Origin: a virus
Direction: 5' to 3' (one strand)
IMG/VR virus record: IMGVR_UViG_3300025018_000098
Location: 96,001-160,000 of that record
DNA length: 64,000 nt
Shown piece after piece: positions 54,249 to 63,439 of this stretch. A program made the translations under genes and the position numbers. Position 1 is the first letter of the stretch. Every line of letters begins with the position of its first letter. The notes beneath the pieces are model-generated. The model saw nothing but the letters and a program-made list of their open reading frames with translations, searched no databases and was not told the origin of the DNA.

Positions 54249-54552
54249 GGAACTGGCGGAGTATTCTCACACTCAGCGAGAGCATCATCGATTGCCTGCC
54301 TCAATCCGATCACCTTCGGGACGTCTGCGAAGGGCAGCAAGTACTCCTCTCCGCAGGCGTAGCACAGCAGCTGCACCCCTCCTGTGTAGCCCCGCTTTCG
54401 ATTGAGGTTCAACGACCAGTCCTCTCCATTCCACACGTGGGACGTCCAGTAGAGACATGGCGCGTTCGCATCGATCACGCGGGGAGTATCGCCCACCTCG
54501 AGCCCAATAGGAAAAAGAGAATCCCCTGGCCCGCAGGCCAAGGGATTTCTAA

Positions 54553-54930
54553 TCATCGAGACAGCTCGAGCGCGTCCCACGCCTTGACACTCAGGGTCAT
54601 CTTGCGCCTCCGCACCACATGCTCCCGTATGTCCTCATCCTTCAAGTACTGCAGCACCAGGGCCTCTGGAACCAGTGCCCGGAGTCCACGCCTGTCCGCC
54701 AACTCGAGAAGCACAAGTCCTTGCTCGCCACACCTCTCACAGAGCCGATCATCATCGACCCTGCATCCGTAAGGGAGGTCAACATCGGTGGGATCCTCAT
54801 CGAGCTCCGCCCACTTGTTGCCGATGAGCTCGTCTCTCTCCGCCGCTGTAGTGCGCCCATACGCTCGAATGCCCGTGTCCTCTTGGCACCCGGGGCACCG
54901 CCGGTAGACCCAGTGAACCCGGGCCATCAC
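54553..54930 (-). CDS. Zn-finger protein (CPGC..CERC)
   Basis: Cys pairs. Confidence 0.55.
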   Translation of the reverse strand: MMARVHWVYRRCPGCQEDTGIRAYGRTTAAERDELIGNKWAELDEDPTDVDLPYGCRVDDDRLCERCGEQGLVLLELADRRGLRALVPEALVLQYLKDEDIREHVVRRRKMTLSVKAWDALELSR

Positions 54931-55331
54931 ATCGCCCCACTGTGCTGGAAGTACTCATCGACAACCGCCAAGCAGTTGCGTAGTTGGGTTTCGTGCGTCT
55001 CCGTGTCCTCTTGCAGGAAGTTCCTCGCGAAGTAGGCCACATGCCGCAGCAGTGCCTTGGGGTTATTGACGTCTTCGATGCTGAGCTCCTTCCCGGCCTT
55101 GACCCGACGGGCCTCACCGAGCCACGCCGTCAGGTAGTCATACTCTGACTGCTTGTAGATCTTGGAGGACAAAGCCTTCTTTCTCCAAGTGGCGTAGTCC
55201 TTGGACTGTCTTCGGTCCCGGTCCCCTAGCTGCAGGTCGATGCTCCGTAGGGAGTAGCGAAGTAGCCGCAACCTGTCCTTGCAGTCACGGATATCTACGG
55301 GGGTCTCAAACGTTGGTGCGTTGTGTGCCAT
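54927..55331 (-). CDS. Hypothetical helical protein (MAHNAP..)
   Basis: AAGGAG RBS. Confidence 0.6.
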   Translation of the reverse strand: MAHNAPTFETPVDIRDCKDRLRLLRYSLRSIDLQLGDRDRRQSKDYATWRKKALSSKIYKQSEYDYLTAWLGEARRVKAGKELSIEDVNNPKALLRHVAYFARNFLQEDTETHETQLRNCLAVVDEYFQHSGAM

Positions 55332-55556
55332 GGGGCTCTCCTTCAGAGATTTGGTACACGTAACAGAGCTTGCGCTCCGCCCGTGCTTTGTTGATGGTCT
55401 CTCGTATGCAGGGGGTGAGGCCAGAATGGGCCACAACCACTACATCGGCTTTCGCCATTGTTGTGTATTTGGTGACGCAGTAGGCCGAAGCCTTCACTGC
55501 ATCCTTTCGATGTTCTTCTAGTCCCAAGTAATAGGCGTTCATCTATCTCCTCATCT

Positions 55557-55595
55557 TGCTTATAGGAAAAAAGAGGGTCATTCCCGACCCTCTTT
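55557..55595 (-). promoter_or_regulatory. Terminator hairpin whose U-tract abuts a CCTATAAGCA promoter
   Basis: tgcttatagg aaaaaagagggtc-attccc-gaccctcttt. Confidence 0.75.
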
Positions 55596-55636
55596 CCTCA
55601 CCCTCTTTCCTCACCCTTGCTCCTCACCCTTGCTCC
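55587..55636. repeat. Four degenerate 12-13-bp tandem repeats at the helicase 3' end
   Basis: accctctttcctc accctctttcctc acccttgctcctc acccttgctcc. Confidence 0.7.
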
Positions 55637-56814
55637 AGCCGATGATACAGGGTCGTCATCCGCTCCTGTGGGTCATTGTTTGTCAGGGCCTGATGGATGC
55701 CTTCCTCATTGCCCATGAGCACAACACCACGCTTAGCTCGGGTCACTGCGGTGTACAGGATCTGCCGACTCAACATGTACTTGTGTGCGTCGTGACAGAT
55801 CACAACAACCCAGTCCCACTCGGACCCCTGTGACTTGTGGATCGTAAGGGCGTAGGCGAGACGGAGCTTCATGGCCTGTACTGCATCCAGGGACAGGACG
55901 GTGCCCTCAAAGTCGACAGTCACTGTGTCAGGTGCGACTGCCTTGACCACGCCCTCCTGCCCGTTGAACACCCCTAACTTATAGTCGTTGGCTGTGTAGA
56001 TGATTCGGTCTCCTGCGGTCAGGTCGTAGTAGGTGTCATCCCTGTAGATCCTGAAGGTGTCTGCACCATCCTCTTGTGGGTTGATGCGTGCCTTGAGCCC
56101 CACGTTCAGGAGATCCACCCCGAGGCCATACTTGTTGTAGGGACCCAGCACCTGAACGGTGTCGTGCTCCTTGAGCATGATGCCTACCCTGCGAACAACC
56201 TGCTCTCGAGCCGCGTCCACGTTCTCGTGAAGCCTCACGTACATGAAGTCTGCGCGCTTCTTGAGGTCCAGCTCTGTCCCCTCGATGATGCGATAGGCGT
56301 TGTCGCAAACCCAGGAGCCTCGAGCAGACCTATGCACTGTCTTGAGGTGGACTGCCGGAATGCGCTCGCACTGAAGGATGTCCGCCAACACCCTGCCCGC
56401 GCCTACGGAGGGAAGCTGGTCTGCGTCTCCCACAAGAACCACTCGAGTGGTGCTCGGTATGGAGTTGAACAACCAAGCAGCCAACGTGGCGCTCAGCATG
56501 GAGGCCTCGTCAACGATGACCAGGTCCGGTGGGATCCAATCATCCCCGGCCTGCGTCTTGGTTATGAGCCACCGATGGATCGTGAAAGCCTCTTCCCCAG
56601 TCGCCTCGGTGATGCGCCGGGCAGCCTTTCCTGTGGGCGCCAGCAGTACGTAGCGTGTCGCCACTGTCCTGCCTCCAAGGATACGGTTCAGTGCGATCCG
56701 CAGCGTGGTCGTCTTACCAACCCCAGGACCCCCGGTAACTACCCCGAAGGGGGCGTGCAGGATGAGCTGTGCTGCCTCCTCCTGATCATCATCAAGCGTG
56801 AACTCCGTCGTCAT
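55624..56814 (-). CDS. recD2: RecD2-like SF1B helicase, motor part
   Basis: TGGPGVGKTT, LAPTGKAA, TIHR, IVDEASM, VGDADQLPSVG, LAYALTIHKSQGSE, LYTAVTRAK. Confidence 0.93.
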   Translation of the reverse strand: MTTEFTLDDDQEEAAQLILHAPFGVVTGGPGVGKTTTLRIALNRILGGRTVATRYVLLAPTGKAARRITEATGEEAFTIHRWLITKTQAGDDWIPPDLVIVDEASMLSATLAAWLFNSIPSTTRVVLVGDADQLPSVGAGRVLADILQCERIPAVHLKTVHRSARGSWVCDNAYRIIEGTELDLKKRADFMYVRLHENVDAAREQVVRRVGIMLKEHDTVQVLGPYNKYGLGVDLLNVGLKARINPQEDGADTFRIYRDDTYYDLTAGDRIIYTANDYKLGVFNGQEGVVKAVAPDTVTVDFEGTVLSLDAVQAMKLRLAYALTIHKSQGSEWDWVVVICHDAHKYMLSRQILYTAVTRAKRGVVLMGNEEGIHQALTNNDPQERMTTLYHRLEQG

Positions 56815-57763
56815 CTTTGTCCTCCAGTCTCTGCAAGATGCACTTAGCTATCGTCTCTTCTGCGTTCGCGTACTTCCGGTGCATCAGCACAACGTGATCC
56901 TCATCGATGTCGAAGGTCACCATGGCCCCCTTGTCGACTAGGGCCACACAGGCATCCTCGAAGACACTCGACGACAGGTGCATCTTGGTTGCGTAAGCGC
57001 TCTCCAGATCGTCGTAGTAGCTCGCTGTGTGCCCACCGAAGCTCAGCTGTTCCAGCGAGTAGAGCACCGCGGCTGACGTGCGCCGGGGATCATCCTCGGG
57101 AACGCCTGCCTGTTGTGCGAGGAAGTCGATACGTCCAAACGAGATGAGGCCATGGTCCGTGTACAGGGCGTACGGGTTCTCCTCGAACAAGCGGATGACA
57201 TCCTCGAGTGTGACGTCATCCCCAAGCAGCTTCTGCCGCAAGGTTCCTATCACGTGGTCCGCCTCTCGCTGGCTGAAGCCGTACGAGAAAAAGCGAATCA
57301 GGGCTTCCCGCTCCCCGAGGTACTGGGCATACGCGTGCACGATGGCAGACATGCGGTCGTCACCAATGCCTTCAACCTCCTTCAGTCGCTGCGGCTCTTC
57401 ATCGATAACGTCCCACAGGGACTTGCCGAACGTGTCCCACACCCGCCTGGAGAGCACGTCCCCTAACAGCGGGATGTACGTGGTCATCCAGAGGATGACG
57501 CCCACATCCGTCTTGGGCTCCTCCGCCACGTACCGGATGACCTTCACCTGCTTGCCATAGGTGGGGTGCTCCACCCACTCCCCCTCGAGCTGCACTCGCT
57601 GCCCCTGTGTCAGCTGGTGGACGTTCCCTACGAAGGACACCTCGGTACGGGCCTTGGTCTTGCCGCTCGAGTCCGTCTCCCCGTCTGCCATCAACCGTCC
57701 GAAGCCCCAGCCTCCTGGGTAGACTCGAACGCTACTTACCTCCCCTACGATTAGCGTGGCCAT
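56792..57763 (-). CDS. RecD2 N-terminal part (OB-fold plus HhH) encoded as a separate gene
   Basis: LEGEWVEHPTYGKQ, LKEVEGIG, ENPYAL..ISFGRID..A, GHT. Confidence 0.85.
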   Translation of the reverse strand: MATLIVGEVSSVRVYPGGWGFGRLMADGETDSSGKTKARTEVSFVGNVHQLTQGQRVQLEGEWVEHPTYGKQVKVIRYVAEEPKTDVGVILWMTTYIPLLGDVLSRRVWDTFGKSLWDVIDEEPQRLKEVEGIGDDRMSAIVHAYAQYLGEREALIRFFSYGFSQREADHVIGTLRQKLLGDDVTLEDVIRLFEENPYALYTDHGLISFGRIDFLAQQAGVPEDDPRRTSAAVLYSLEQLSFGGHTASYYDDLESAYATKMHLSSSVFEDACVALVDKGAMVTFDIDEDHVVLMHRKYANAEETIAKCILQRLEDKDDDGVHA

Positions 57764-57824
57764 ATGGTCTCCAAACTTTGCCGAGCAAGATCCTATCTTG
57801 GTCTGCATTTCAAAATGTTATGAG

Positions 57825-57921
57825 AAAAAAGAGGAGCATGCACTCCTGGCCCCCGTCCACACAGAAGTGCGGAGATGAGGAAGGGGGACCGATTCAGGGC
57901 CCAGGGTGCATGCTTCTGCTC
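57825..57921 (-). ncRNA. Candidate ~100-nt structured small RNA or leader
   Basis: Promoter motif at 57928-57937; long terminal stem (agcatgcac/gtgcatgct, cctgg/ccagg) ending in U6; no credible ORF. Confidence 0.45.
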
Positions 57922-57954
57922 TCACATTGCTTATGGGCGTCCCTGCCCCTGTTT

Positions 57955-59871
57955 TCACACCTGCTTGATGTGGGGCAGCGGGATCAACAGATCGTCCTCA
58001 GGGCCACCCAGCTTGCGCATCAAGGTCTCCGCCTGCTTGGATGTCCCACGAGCCTCCAAGAACTCGAGGAGGGACTCAGCCAAACCTGTGTGAGACTCGA
58101 AGAAAGACGCCAAGCTGGCGCGCTCCAGGGAGCTCAAGCGAGACCCGTAGAGGGTGTGCTCCTCGAAGACCTGCCAACACTCGGGCCACAGCGCCCGGAT
58201 GTAGATGGCGATGACCTGGGCATAGGCCCGAGTCTCTTCTTGCACGTCCGCCCGTAGACGCAGGTCCAGGAAGTTGAGCCAGTTGAGGAGGTTCGCCTTG
58301 AGACGAATCTTGGTGTACTGGTTCTGCGGAAGGACCAGCCGAGCGATCTCGGACGCAGTCCCGTAGGCCATGATGGCGTCGTAGGCCGAGCGGGCGCTGA
58401 CCGAGCTCGTCCCAACCAGGTGCTTCACAGCCTGCTGCAGCGGTGGTGAGAGGGGGATCTTGGATCCCTGCTTGTTGTCCGGGTCCGTCCCCTTCACTCG
58501 AGCGAGCTCAGGGATGTAGTAGAGGTCCGGCATCTCACTGTACCGTCCGGAGAACTCGTTCCGGCTTGTGAACTTCCGGAACTGGTCGTAGTCCTCGATG
58601 GTCACGTTCGAAAGGCTCACCGTCCGGTGCCTATCGAACTGCCGTAGGACGAACATCGGAAGCTGCAGCTCCACGCAGAGCTCGTTCATTTCGAACGGGG
58701 AGTTCCCGCTGAGCACGATCTTGCCCGAGCGCCGAACAACAAGAATACCTGTTCTCGTGTGTGCACAGTAGACCCTCCCTTTGTAACCCTCCCAGCTGAC
58801 ATTCTGCTTCCCTTGGTTGATGACTGGGTGCGTCATGCGGCTCAGCATACTCACGGAGAACATACCTTCCACGTTCTCCAGAACATGTGCAGCGCGTCCT
58901 GCATGCAGCGCGATGAGCTGTACTGCATGGGCCACTTCCGCAACCGATGTGGAGTATAGCCAAGTACCTCTGTGCTCACTCCCATCCGATGCTCGAAGTC
59001 CTTCAAGCAGTGCTTCAGACGCTTCTTGGCCCATGTACTGCATATCCACGGGAATACGCTTGTTCCCAGCTGGTGTGTAGAACATCTCCCGAAAGTCCAG
59101 TGTGATTCCGTCCTCACGTACCACATAGTTATTGTTTGCAAGGATGCCAATCTCAAGATTGAGCTCAGCGCACAGCTCGAAGAGGTAGGCCACCTTGCGC
59201 TTCTTCTTCAGATGAAACGTGATGCCATTACGGTAGCTGCCACCAGCGTACCCATCCCCAATGAAGAACCCGTACAGGCGTAGACGAGCAAGATCATACT
59301 TCAAGTTCGGCATTCGGTACGGGGCTAGTTTCGAGTAGCGCACCATGGAGCGCTCTCCGAGCACATCTGCTGCACATAGCCCATAGTCTGACCAAGACTG
59401 CGTCTGGGTGACGTGGTCATACGCCTTTAGACTCACCCACATATTGTGTGACGGGGTTACTAGCAGATCGACACCTCCATGATCTACAGAGTACATCTGC
59501 CCTTCATACTCTTCATCGACTAAGCCTTGTGGGTGCTCATAGCAGAGCGACTGCGCCTTTGGGTCCCATACCCCAAGCTCCATCTCCTTGGTCACGTCAG
59601 GCCAGGGCACAAACCCTCGTCTCTTCACCAAGACTTCCGTCTTTGCGTCATAGCATGTATGTCTGTCACCCCACAATCTGTTGCGCAGTCGGGCGTCCTT
59701 GGTCTTGTCCACCCCAGTCAGGGTGTCCGTGGACATCCGGGCTGCCCGAAGGGGCTCGAGGTCGTCGCCCATCTTGTCCACGTACTTCACGTACCCGTGG
59801 TCGAGGATTTTGATGTGCGTCAGAGGCTTGGCTGGGTCTCCCTTGATTCGGTTCTCGTCGTAACTGCTCAT
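57955..59871 (-). CDS. thyX: Flavin-dependent thymidylate synthase ThyX, intein-containing
   Basis: LDHGYV..RAARMS, HT|SPFE, PMFVLRQFDRHR, NEFSGRY, EIARLVLP, NWLNFLDLR..QEE.R.YA. Confidence 0.92.
   Translation of the reverse strand: MSSYDENRIKGDPAKPLTHIKILDHGYVKYVDKMGDDLEPLRAARMSTDTLTGVDKTKDARLRNRLWGDRHTCYDAKTEVLVKRRGFVPWPDVTKEMELGVWDPKAQSLCYEHPQGLVDEEYEGQMYSVDHGGVDLLVTPSHNMWVSLKAYDHVTQTQSWSDYGLCAADVLGERSMVRYSKLAPYRMPNLKYDLARLRLYGFFIGDGYAGGSYRNGITFHLKKKRKVAYLFELCAELNLEIGILANNNYVVREDGITLDFREMFYTPAGNKRIPVDMQYMGQEASEALLEGLRASDGSEHRGTWLYSTSVAEVAHAVQLIALHAGRAAHVLENVEGMFSVSMLSRMTHPVINQGKQNVSWEGYKGRVYCAHTRTGILVVRRSGKIVLSGNSPFEMNELCVELQLPMFVLRQFDRHRTVSLSNVTIEDYDQFRKFTSRNEFSGRYSEMPDLYYIPELARVKGTDPDNKQGSKIPLSPPLQQAVKHLVGTSSVSARSAYDAIMAYGTASEIARLVLPQNQYTKIRLKANLLNWLNFLDLRLRADVQEETRAYAQVIAIYIRALWPECWQVFEEHTLYGSRLSSLERASLASFFESHTGLAESLLEFLEARGTSKQAETLMRKLGGPEDDLLIPLPHIKQV
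58702..59655 (-). mobile_element. Intein (318 aa) with LAGLIDADG homing endonuclease in ThyX
   Basis: Starts CYDAKTEVL; block B VTPSH; LYGFFIGDG and LLEGLRASDG; ends VYC..VRR.GK..SGN followed by Ser. Confidence 0.92.
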
Positions 59872-60431
59872 TGGTCTGCTCCTTCGGTCACTTCGACCTT
59901 GCTCGCTGTCGTGCCTTGTTGGTTTTGGTACTTAGACTTGCGCCCAGGGGACCCGTAGGGCCTGGCGCAAACACCCTGAAGCTCATGCACTACTAGCTGG
60001 CAGATACGTGCCCCATCAGGGAGGAAGATGGTATGTGGGGAGACATTGTAGATCTCCAGGGTAATCTGCCCGACGAACCCTGGATCGATGACGCCCGCGG
60101 TGATGTGGACCATGATCCCGAGACGCCCGAAGCTGCTACGCCCATGCACCTCCGCGTAGTGATCCGCTGGGATGTCCACCCTCTCTATGGTGGTACCGAG
60201 GATGAACTCACGAGGGCTGATGTAGTACCCAGGCACCCTGATCCGCGAGTAGTACTTGTCCATGTCCGAAACACCAGGGACCAGTGCCAAGCCCTCCACA
60301 CATGGGACACGGAACTCATCTCCCAGTCGCAGGTCTATGGAAGACGGTTGGAGCTGTGTGTTCATGTCTTCGTATCCGGTGACGAGGCCACCCTCCACGA
60401 GACGGGCTAATCGAGTGTCGCTCAGGGGCAT
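59868..60431 (-). CDS. dcd: dCTP deaminase
   Basis: LSD, QPSSIDLRLG, EFILGTTIE, GRSSFGRLG, AGVIDPGF.GQITLE, ICQL, SKYQNQ. Confidence 0.93.
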   Translation of the reverse strand: MPLSDTRLARLVEGGLVTGYEDMNTQLQPSSIDLRLGDEFRVPCVEGLALVPGVSDMDKYYSRIRVPGYYISPREFILGTTIERVDIPADHYAEVHGRSSFGRLGIMVHITAGVIDPGFVGQITLEIYNVSPHTIFLPDGARICQLVVHELQGVCARPYGSPGRKSKYQNQQGTTASKVEVTEGADQ

Positions 60432-60898
60432 CAGGCTTCTCCATAGGCCGGACCCAAGGCGGTGGCCGGCAGTAGTTGTGGAAGGGTGGTTGGGCAGTGT
60501 GTCTCGTACCGGGACACTTCTACTTCTTTGCCCACTGGATACGCGGTGTACCACACCTGGTATCGATGGTTGATCGAATCCAGTAGAAGAACCCCGTACA
60601 TGGTCCCGTCCTCGAGGGAGGCGGGCACCTCGCCGAAGTACTTCCGAAGCTGCGCCCCGCTGACCACGCCGACAACAGCTGCCGCATCCGCATGGTGCTG
60701 TTTGGCGAGGGTGAGAACAGAGCTGACGAGACGTGGCAAAACGTCAGCGGGGTCTAGCCGTGCGATGTCGGGCATCACTTTGCCCACACGTGTGTTGGTG
60801 TTCCTTCGGAGGAACGCGTAGCCAATCGGAGATGCCCCGGTTTCCAGGACCTCCCGTAGGTCAGCCCGCATGAACTCAAGTATCTCTGGTGGTGTCAT
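60431..60898 (-). CDS. Hypothetical protein
   Basis: TGATG coupling to dcd. Confidence 0.6.
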   Translation of the reverse strand: MTPPEILEFMRADLREVLETGASPIGYAFLRRNTNTRVGKVMPDIARLDPADVLPRLVSSVLTLAKQHHADAAAVVGVVSGAQLRKYFGEVPASLEDGTMYGVLLLDSINHRYQVWYTAYPVGKEVEVSRYETHCPTTLPQLLPATALGPAYGEA

Positions 60899-60913
60899 AA
60901 AGGGTATTCCAAA

Positions 60914-60950
60914 AGAGGAGGGGTGGGCCGTATGGCTTCCCCCTCCTCTC
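60914..60950 (-). terminator. Hairpin with U tract
   Basis: agaggagggg..cccctcctct. Confidence 0.55.
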
Positions 60951-60962
60951 TTCGTTGGTGGA

Positions 60963-61505
60963 CTAGAGTTGATCTAGTCCCTCGTTGAGCTCCTGTAGAG
61001 CCTTCTTCATCTGCCGCATCGCGCGGAAGTATGCGCCAAGCCGCAGGGGCTCAGCGGGTGGCACCAACTCGCGGACGATATCGTCCGCGAGTACGGCGAC
61101 CTTCTCGTCGGGGGTCACGGCCTTGGCATGTGGCTTGGGGGCCACCGCCCTCACCATCTCCGGCGTTACCACCGGACGATGGGTGACACGCTCACCCTTC
61201 CGAGGAGGGGCGGTTTCTCGAGCAGCTCGAAGCTGCTCATGCTGTAGCTCCCTGATCGTGCTTGCGAGCATATCAGGGTCGATGCTCAGGACGTCTATCG
61301 CCCCGGCATGTTTGTCCTCTTCCACGAAGGTGCCATCGTCCTGTTGCCGCATGGTGGTAGCAGTCAGCAGGACTCGGAACTTCCCTCTGTTGTGGAAGAA
61401 CCGAAGCCCGACACCCTCACCAACACCGATCCGGTCATGGGAAGGTAGTTGACGAGCCTCTGCACTATTGCGGGCCCGCTTGAAGTAGATTTTCTGTGTT
61501 TGCAT
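60963..61505 (-). CDS. Hypothetical protein (MQTQKIY..)
   Basis: GGAGG RBS; promoter variant at 61522-61531. Confidence 0.6.
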   Translation of the reverse strand: MQTQKIYFKRARNSAEARQLPSHDRIGVGEGVGLRFFHNRGKFRVLLTATTMRQQDDGTFVEEDKHAGAIDVLSIDPDMLASTIRELQHEQLRAARETAPPRKGERVTHRPVVTPEMVRAVAPKPHAKAVTPDEKVAVLADDIVRELVPPAEPLRLGAYFRAMRQMKKALQELNEGLDQL

Positions 61506-61553
61506 TAGAGATCCTCCACTTGGCTTATACCCCAAATAGGTGGATCTTTAGCA

Positions 61554-61994
61554 TCAACCCTGGGTGTAGTGACCCCGCACGTTCCAAAGATCCTCAACTG
61601 CCCGAACAGCACTCCACAAAGTCTTGGATACGAGAACACCGCCGTCCTGCAGAAGGACCAGCTGCTCGTTCTTGCGGATGAGGTGCGGGTACCACGAAGC
61701 CTCTGGCGGCAGTCTCTTGAAGTTCGCGTGAAAGCGACTGCGCATCACCATGTGGCGCATGTCGCATGCCTCTTCTTCAGGCGGAACTACCTTGTGCATG
61801 AGGATGGAGACGAGCGACCGACAGAACTTCTGCCGATCCTCCTCCGGGCCCCCCGCTAGATGTCCTATCGTCTCGCACTTCAGTCGAAAGGCCTCTTCGT
61901 CTACCAACTGTCGGAGGACCACCCGCATCTCCTTGGGTGATATGTCGTCCGAGAGCATTCGAAGAAGGATGGCCCCTGTCTTAGGCGCCGTCAT
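61554..61994 (-). CDS. Hypothetical protein
   Basis: ORF tiling. Confidence 0.55.
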   Translation of the reverse strand: MTAPKTGAILLRMLSDDISPKEMRVVLRQLVDEEAFRLKCETIGHLAGGPEEDRQKFCRSLVSILMHKVVPPEEEACDMRHMVMRSRFHANFKRLPPEASWYPHLIRKNEQLVLLQDGGVLVSKTLWSAVRAVEDLWNVRGHYTQG

Positions 61995-62316
61995 CGGGAA
62001 TGTCTTCAGGCTCAGGAACTGTGCTCAACTGTAGCGTCTCCACGAGAGCTACACCATCGACACTGATGGTGAGTAGTTGGTGCTCCCCAGCTAGCTTCGT
62101 GAGCTTCATCTTGACGCCCGCTGTGTGCTGTCGCCGCTGGCCGTAGAAGACCCAGGCCACTCGAGAGAGCGCGTTGTCTTCAGTCATCATGCACATCTGT
62201 ATCTCGCTCAGCGTCATGCTGTCGCAGACGGCTATGAGCTCATCGATGGTCGTGGGGCTTGCTATCCACGTAACCAGGCGGGCTATCGAAGCAGCCCGCA
62301 CTTGTGTGTTGTTCAT
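61981..62316 (-). CDS. Hypothetical protein
   Basis: GAGG RBS. Confidence 0.55.
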   Translation of the reverse strand: MNNTQVRAASIARLVTWIASPTTIDELIAVCDSMTLSEIQMCMMTEDNALSRVAWVFYGQRRQHTAGVKMKLTKLAGEHQLLTISVDGVALVETLQLSTVPEPEDIPDDGA

Positions 62317-62322
62317 GAAACC

Positions 62323-62694
62323 TCATAGGGGTTTGTTGTTGGCGTAGAAATCGTAGTCGACGAGCAGCGTCCAACCGACGAGGCCCCTTGGATCGTAAGT
62401 CACCAAGGGGTCCACGGGGTTCTGTGCGTTGGCCTGCAGTACAGCATCGACGTCTTCTCGAGCTATCGCACGGTCTTGCACCAGCTTGTACTGCTGGTCT
62501 TGTGGCCAGTCCATCAGGTCGATGCCTTGGGAGACGCTGCCCCCAACCTCGTACCAACGGATCCAGAGGAGATACCTCTTGATGTTGTTGGCCGCGTTGA
62601 TGGCCACCTCGAGCTGGGCGACATCGATAGCGGTGTCACCCTGGGCGGCGAGTAAGAGGGAGTTGTATTGGGCTTCAGTGAGGGTGACGGACAT
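62323..62694 (-). CDS. Hypothetical, possibly virion protein
   Basis: TGGTAGACT element 6 nt upstream of ATG, as at 12064. Confidence 0.6.
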   Translation of the reverse strand: MSVTLTEAQYNSLLLAAQGDTAIDVAQLEVAINAANNIKRYLLWIRWYEVGGSVSQGIDLMDWPQDQQYKLVQDRAIAREDVDAVLQANAQNPVDPLVTYDPRGLVGWTLLVDYDFYANNKPL

Positions 62695-62714
62695 AGCGCG
62701 AGTCTACCACCGTC

Positions 62715-62993
62715 TCACCCACTCCCAATAGGGCGGCCCTCACTGATGCTGCGGATATCTGCGAGCCGCTGCTCGAGAAGCTTCACCCGAAGGCACCACC
62801 TGTTGGCATCAGATGTCAGCGTGATGATCTGCGCCTTGAGTGACTCACGGTCCTCACTGAGATCCGCAAGCTCGAGCTCGTACGCTGTGGCAGCCGCGCG
62901 ATGATTGGCTGCCTCTGCGTTGAGCTCTTCGATGCGATCCTGCGCCTGACGCAGGCGCACCGCCGTGCCGTCCACGAGCTCGACCTCACTCAT
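62715..62993 (-). CDS. Coiled-coil protein
   Basis: Heptad pattern; GAGG RBS. Confidence 0.55.
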   Translation of the reverse strand: MSEVELVDGTAVRLRQAQDRIEELNAEAANHRAAATAYELELADLSEDRESLKAQIITLTSDANRWCLRVKLLEQRLADIRSISEGRPIGSG

Positions 62994-63390
62994 CGTCATC
63001 CTCATCGTCATCGAACGCATCATCACCGTCGTCATCCTCGTCGGTGCCCAGGCGCTCCCGGAGATCATCCAAGGACATCTGCCCAGTCAGGATGTCCTTG
63101 AGCTTGTCGAAAGGCAAAGAAAGCGCGGTCGCATGGTCGAACGCATAGAAGGGTGGGTTGAGGCCCACCACGTAGATGTGCTCCGTGTCGCATGAGGCAC
63201 AGAGCACCGGACCCCGAATGACCTTCTCCTTCCCGCTCGGGTAGCTATCCCACTCTGCCTTCAGCGTCGAAGGAGACACACCGCACCCGGTGGCCTTGAT
63301 CGATCCGCCGCGAGCCGCAAAGGGCACAGGGATCGTCTTTTCCATCATGGCGAGGAGGTTTTCGCTGTCCCCGCAGTTTACACATTTCAT
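62986..63390 (-). CDS. Zn-ribbon protein with acidic tail
   Basis: CVNCG..CASC; D/E tail; AAAGGA RBS. Confidence 0.65.
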   Translation of the reverse strand: MKCVNCGDSENLLAMMEKTIPVPFAARGGSIKATGCGVSPSTLKAEWDSYPSGKEKVIRGPVLCASCDTEHIYVVGLNPPFYAFDHATALSLPFDKLKDILTGQMSLDDLRERLGTDEDDDGDDAFDDDEDDDE

Positions 63391-63409
63391 CGTATTGTCC
63401 TTTCAATGG

Positions 63410-63439
63410 GCTGATAGGCAGCCAAAACGTCCTATCAGC
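63410..63439. promoter_or_regulatory. Back-to-back (divergent) copies of the promoter motif
   Basis: gctgatagg-N12-cctatcagc inverted repeat between divergent ORFs. Confidence 0.65.

Noticed and set aside
55587-55636. Tandem repeats as replication-origin iterons
   Set aside because: Short and degenerate, overlapping a stop codon and a terminator arm, with no AT-rich unwinding region; more likely slippage duplications
56792-56814. RecD2 split as a sequencing frameshift
   Set aside because: The downstream ORF has its own SD and ATG and there is no homopolymer at the junction; not fully excluded
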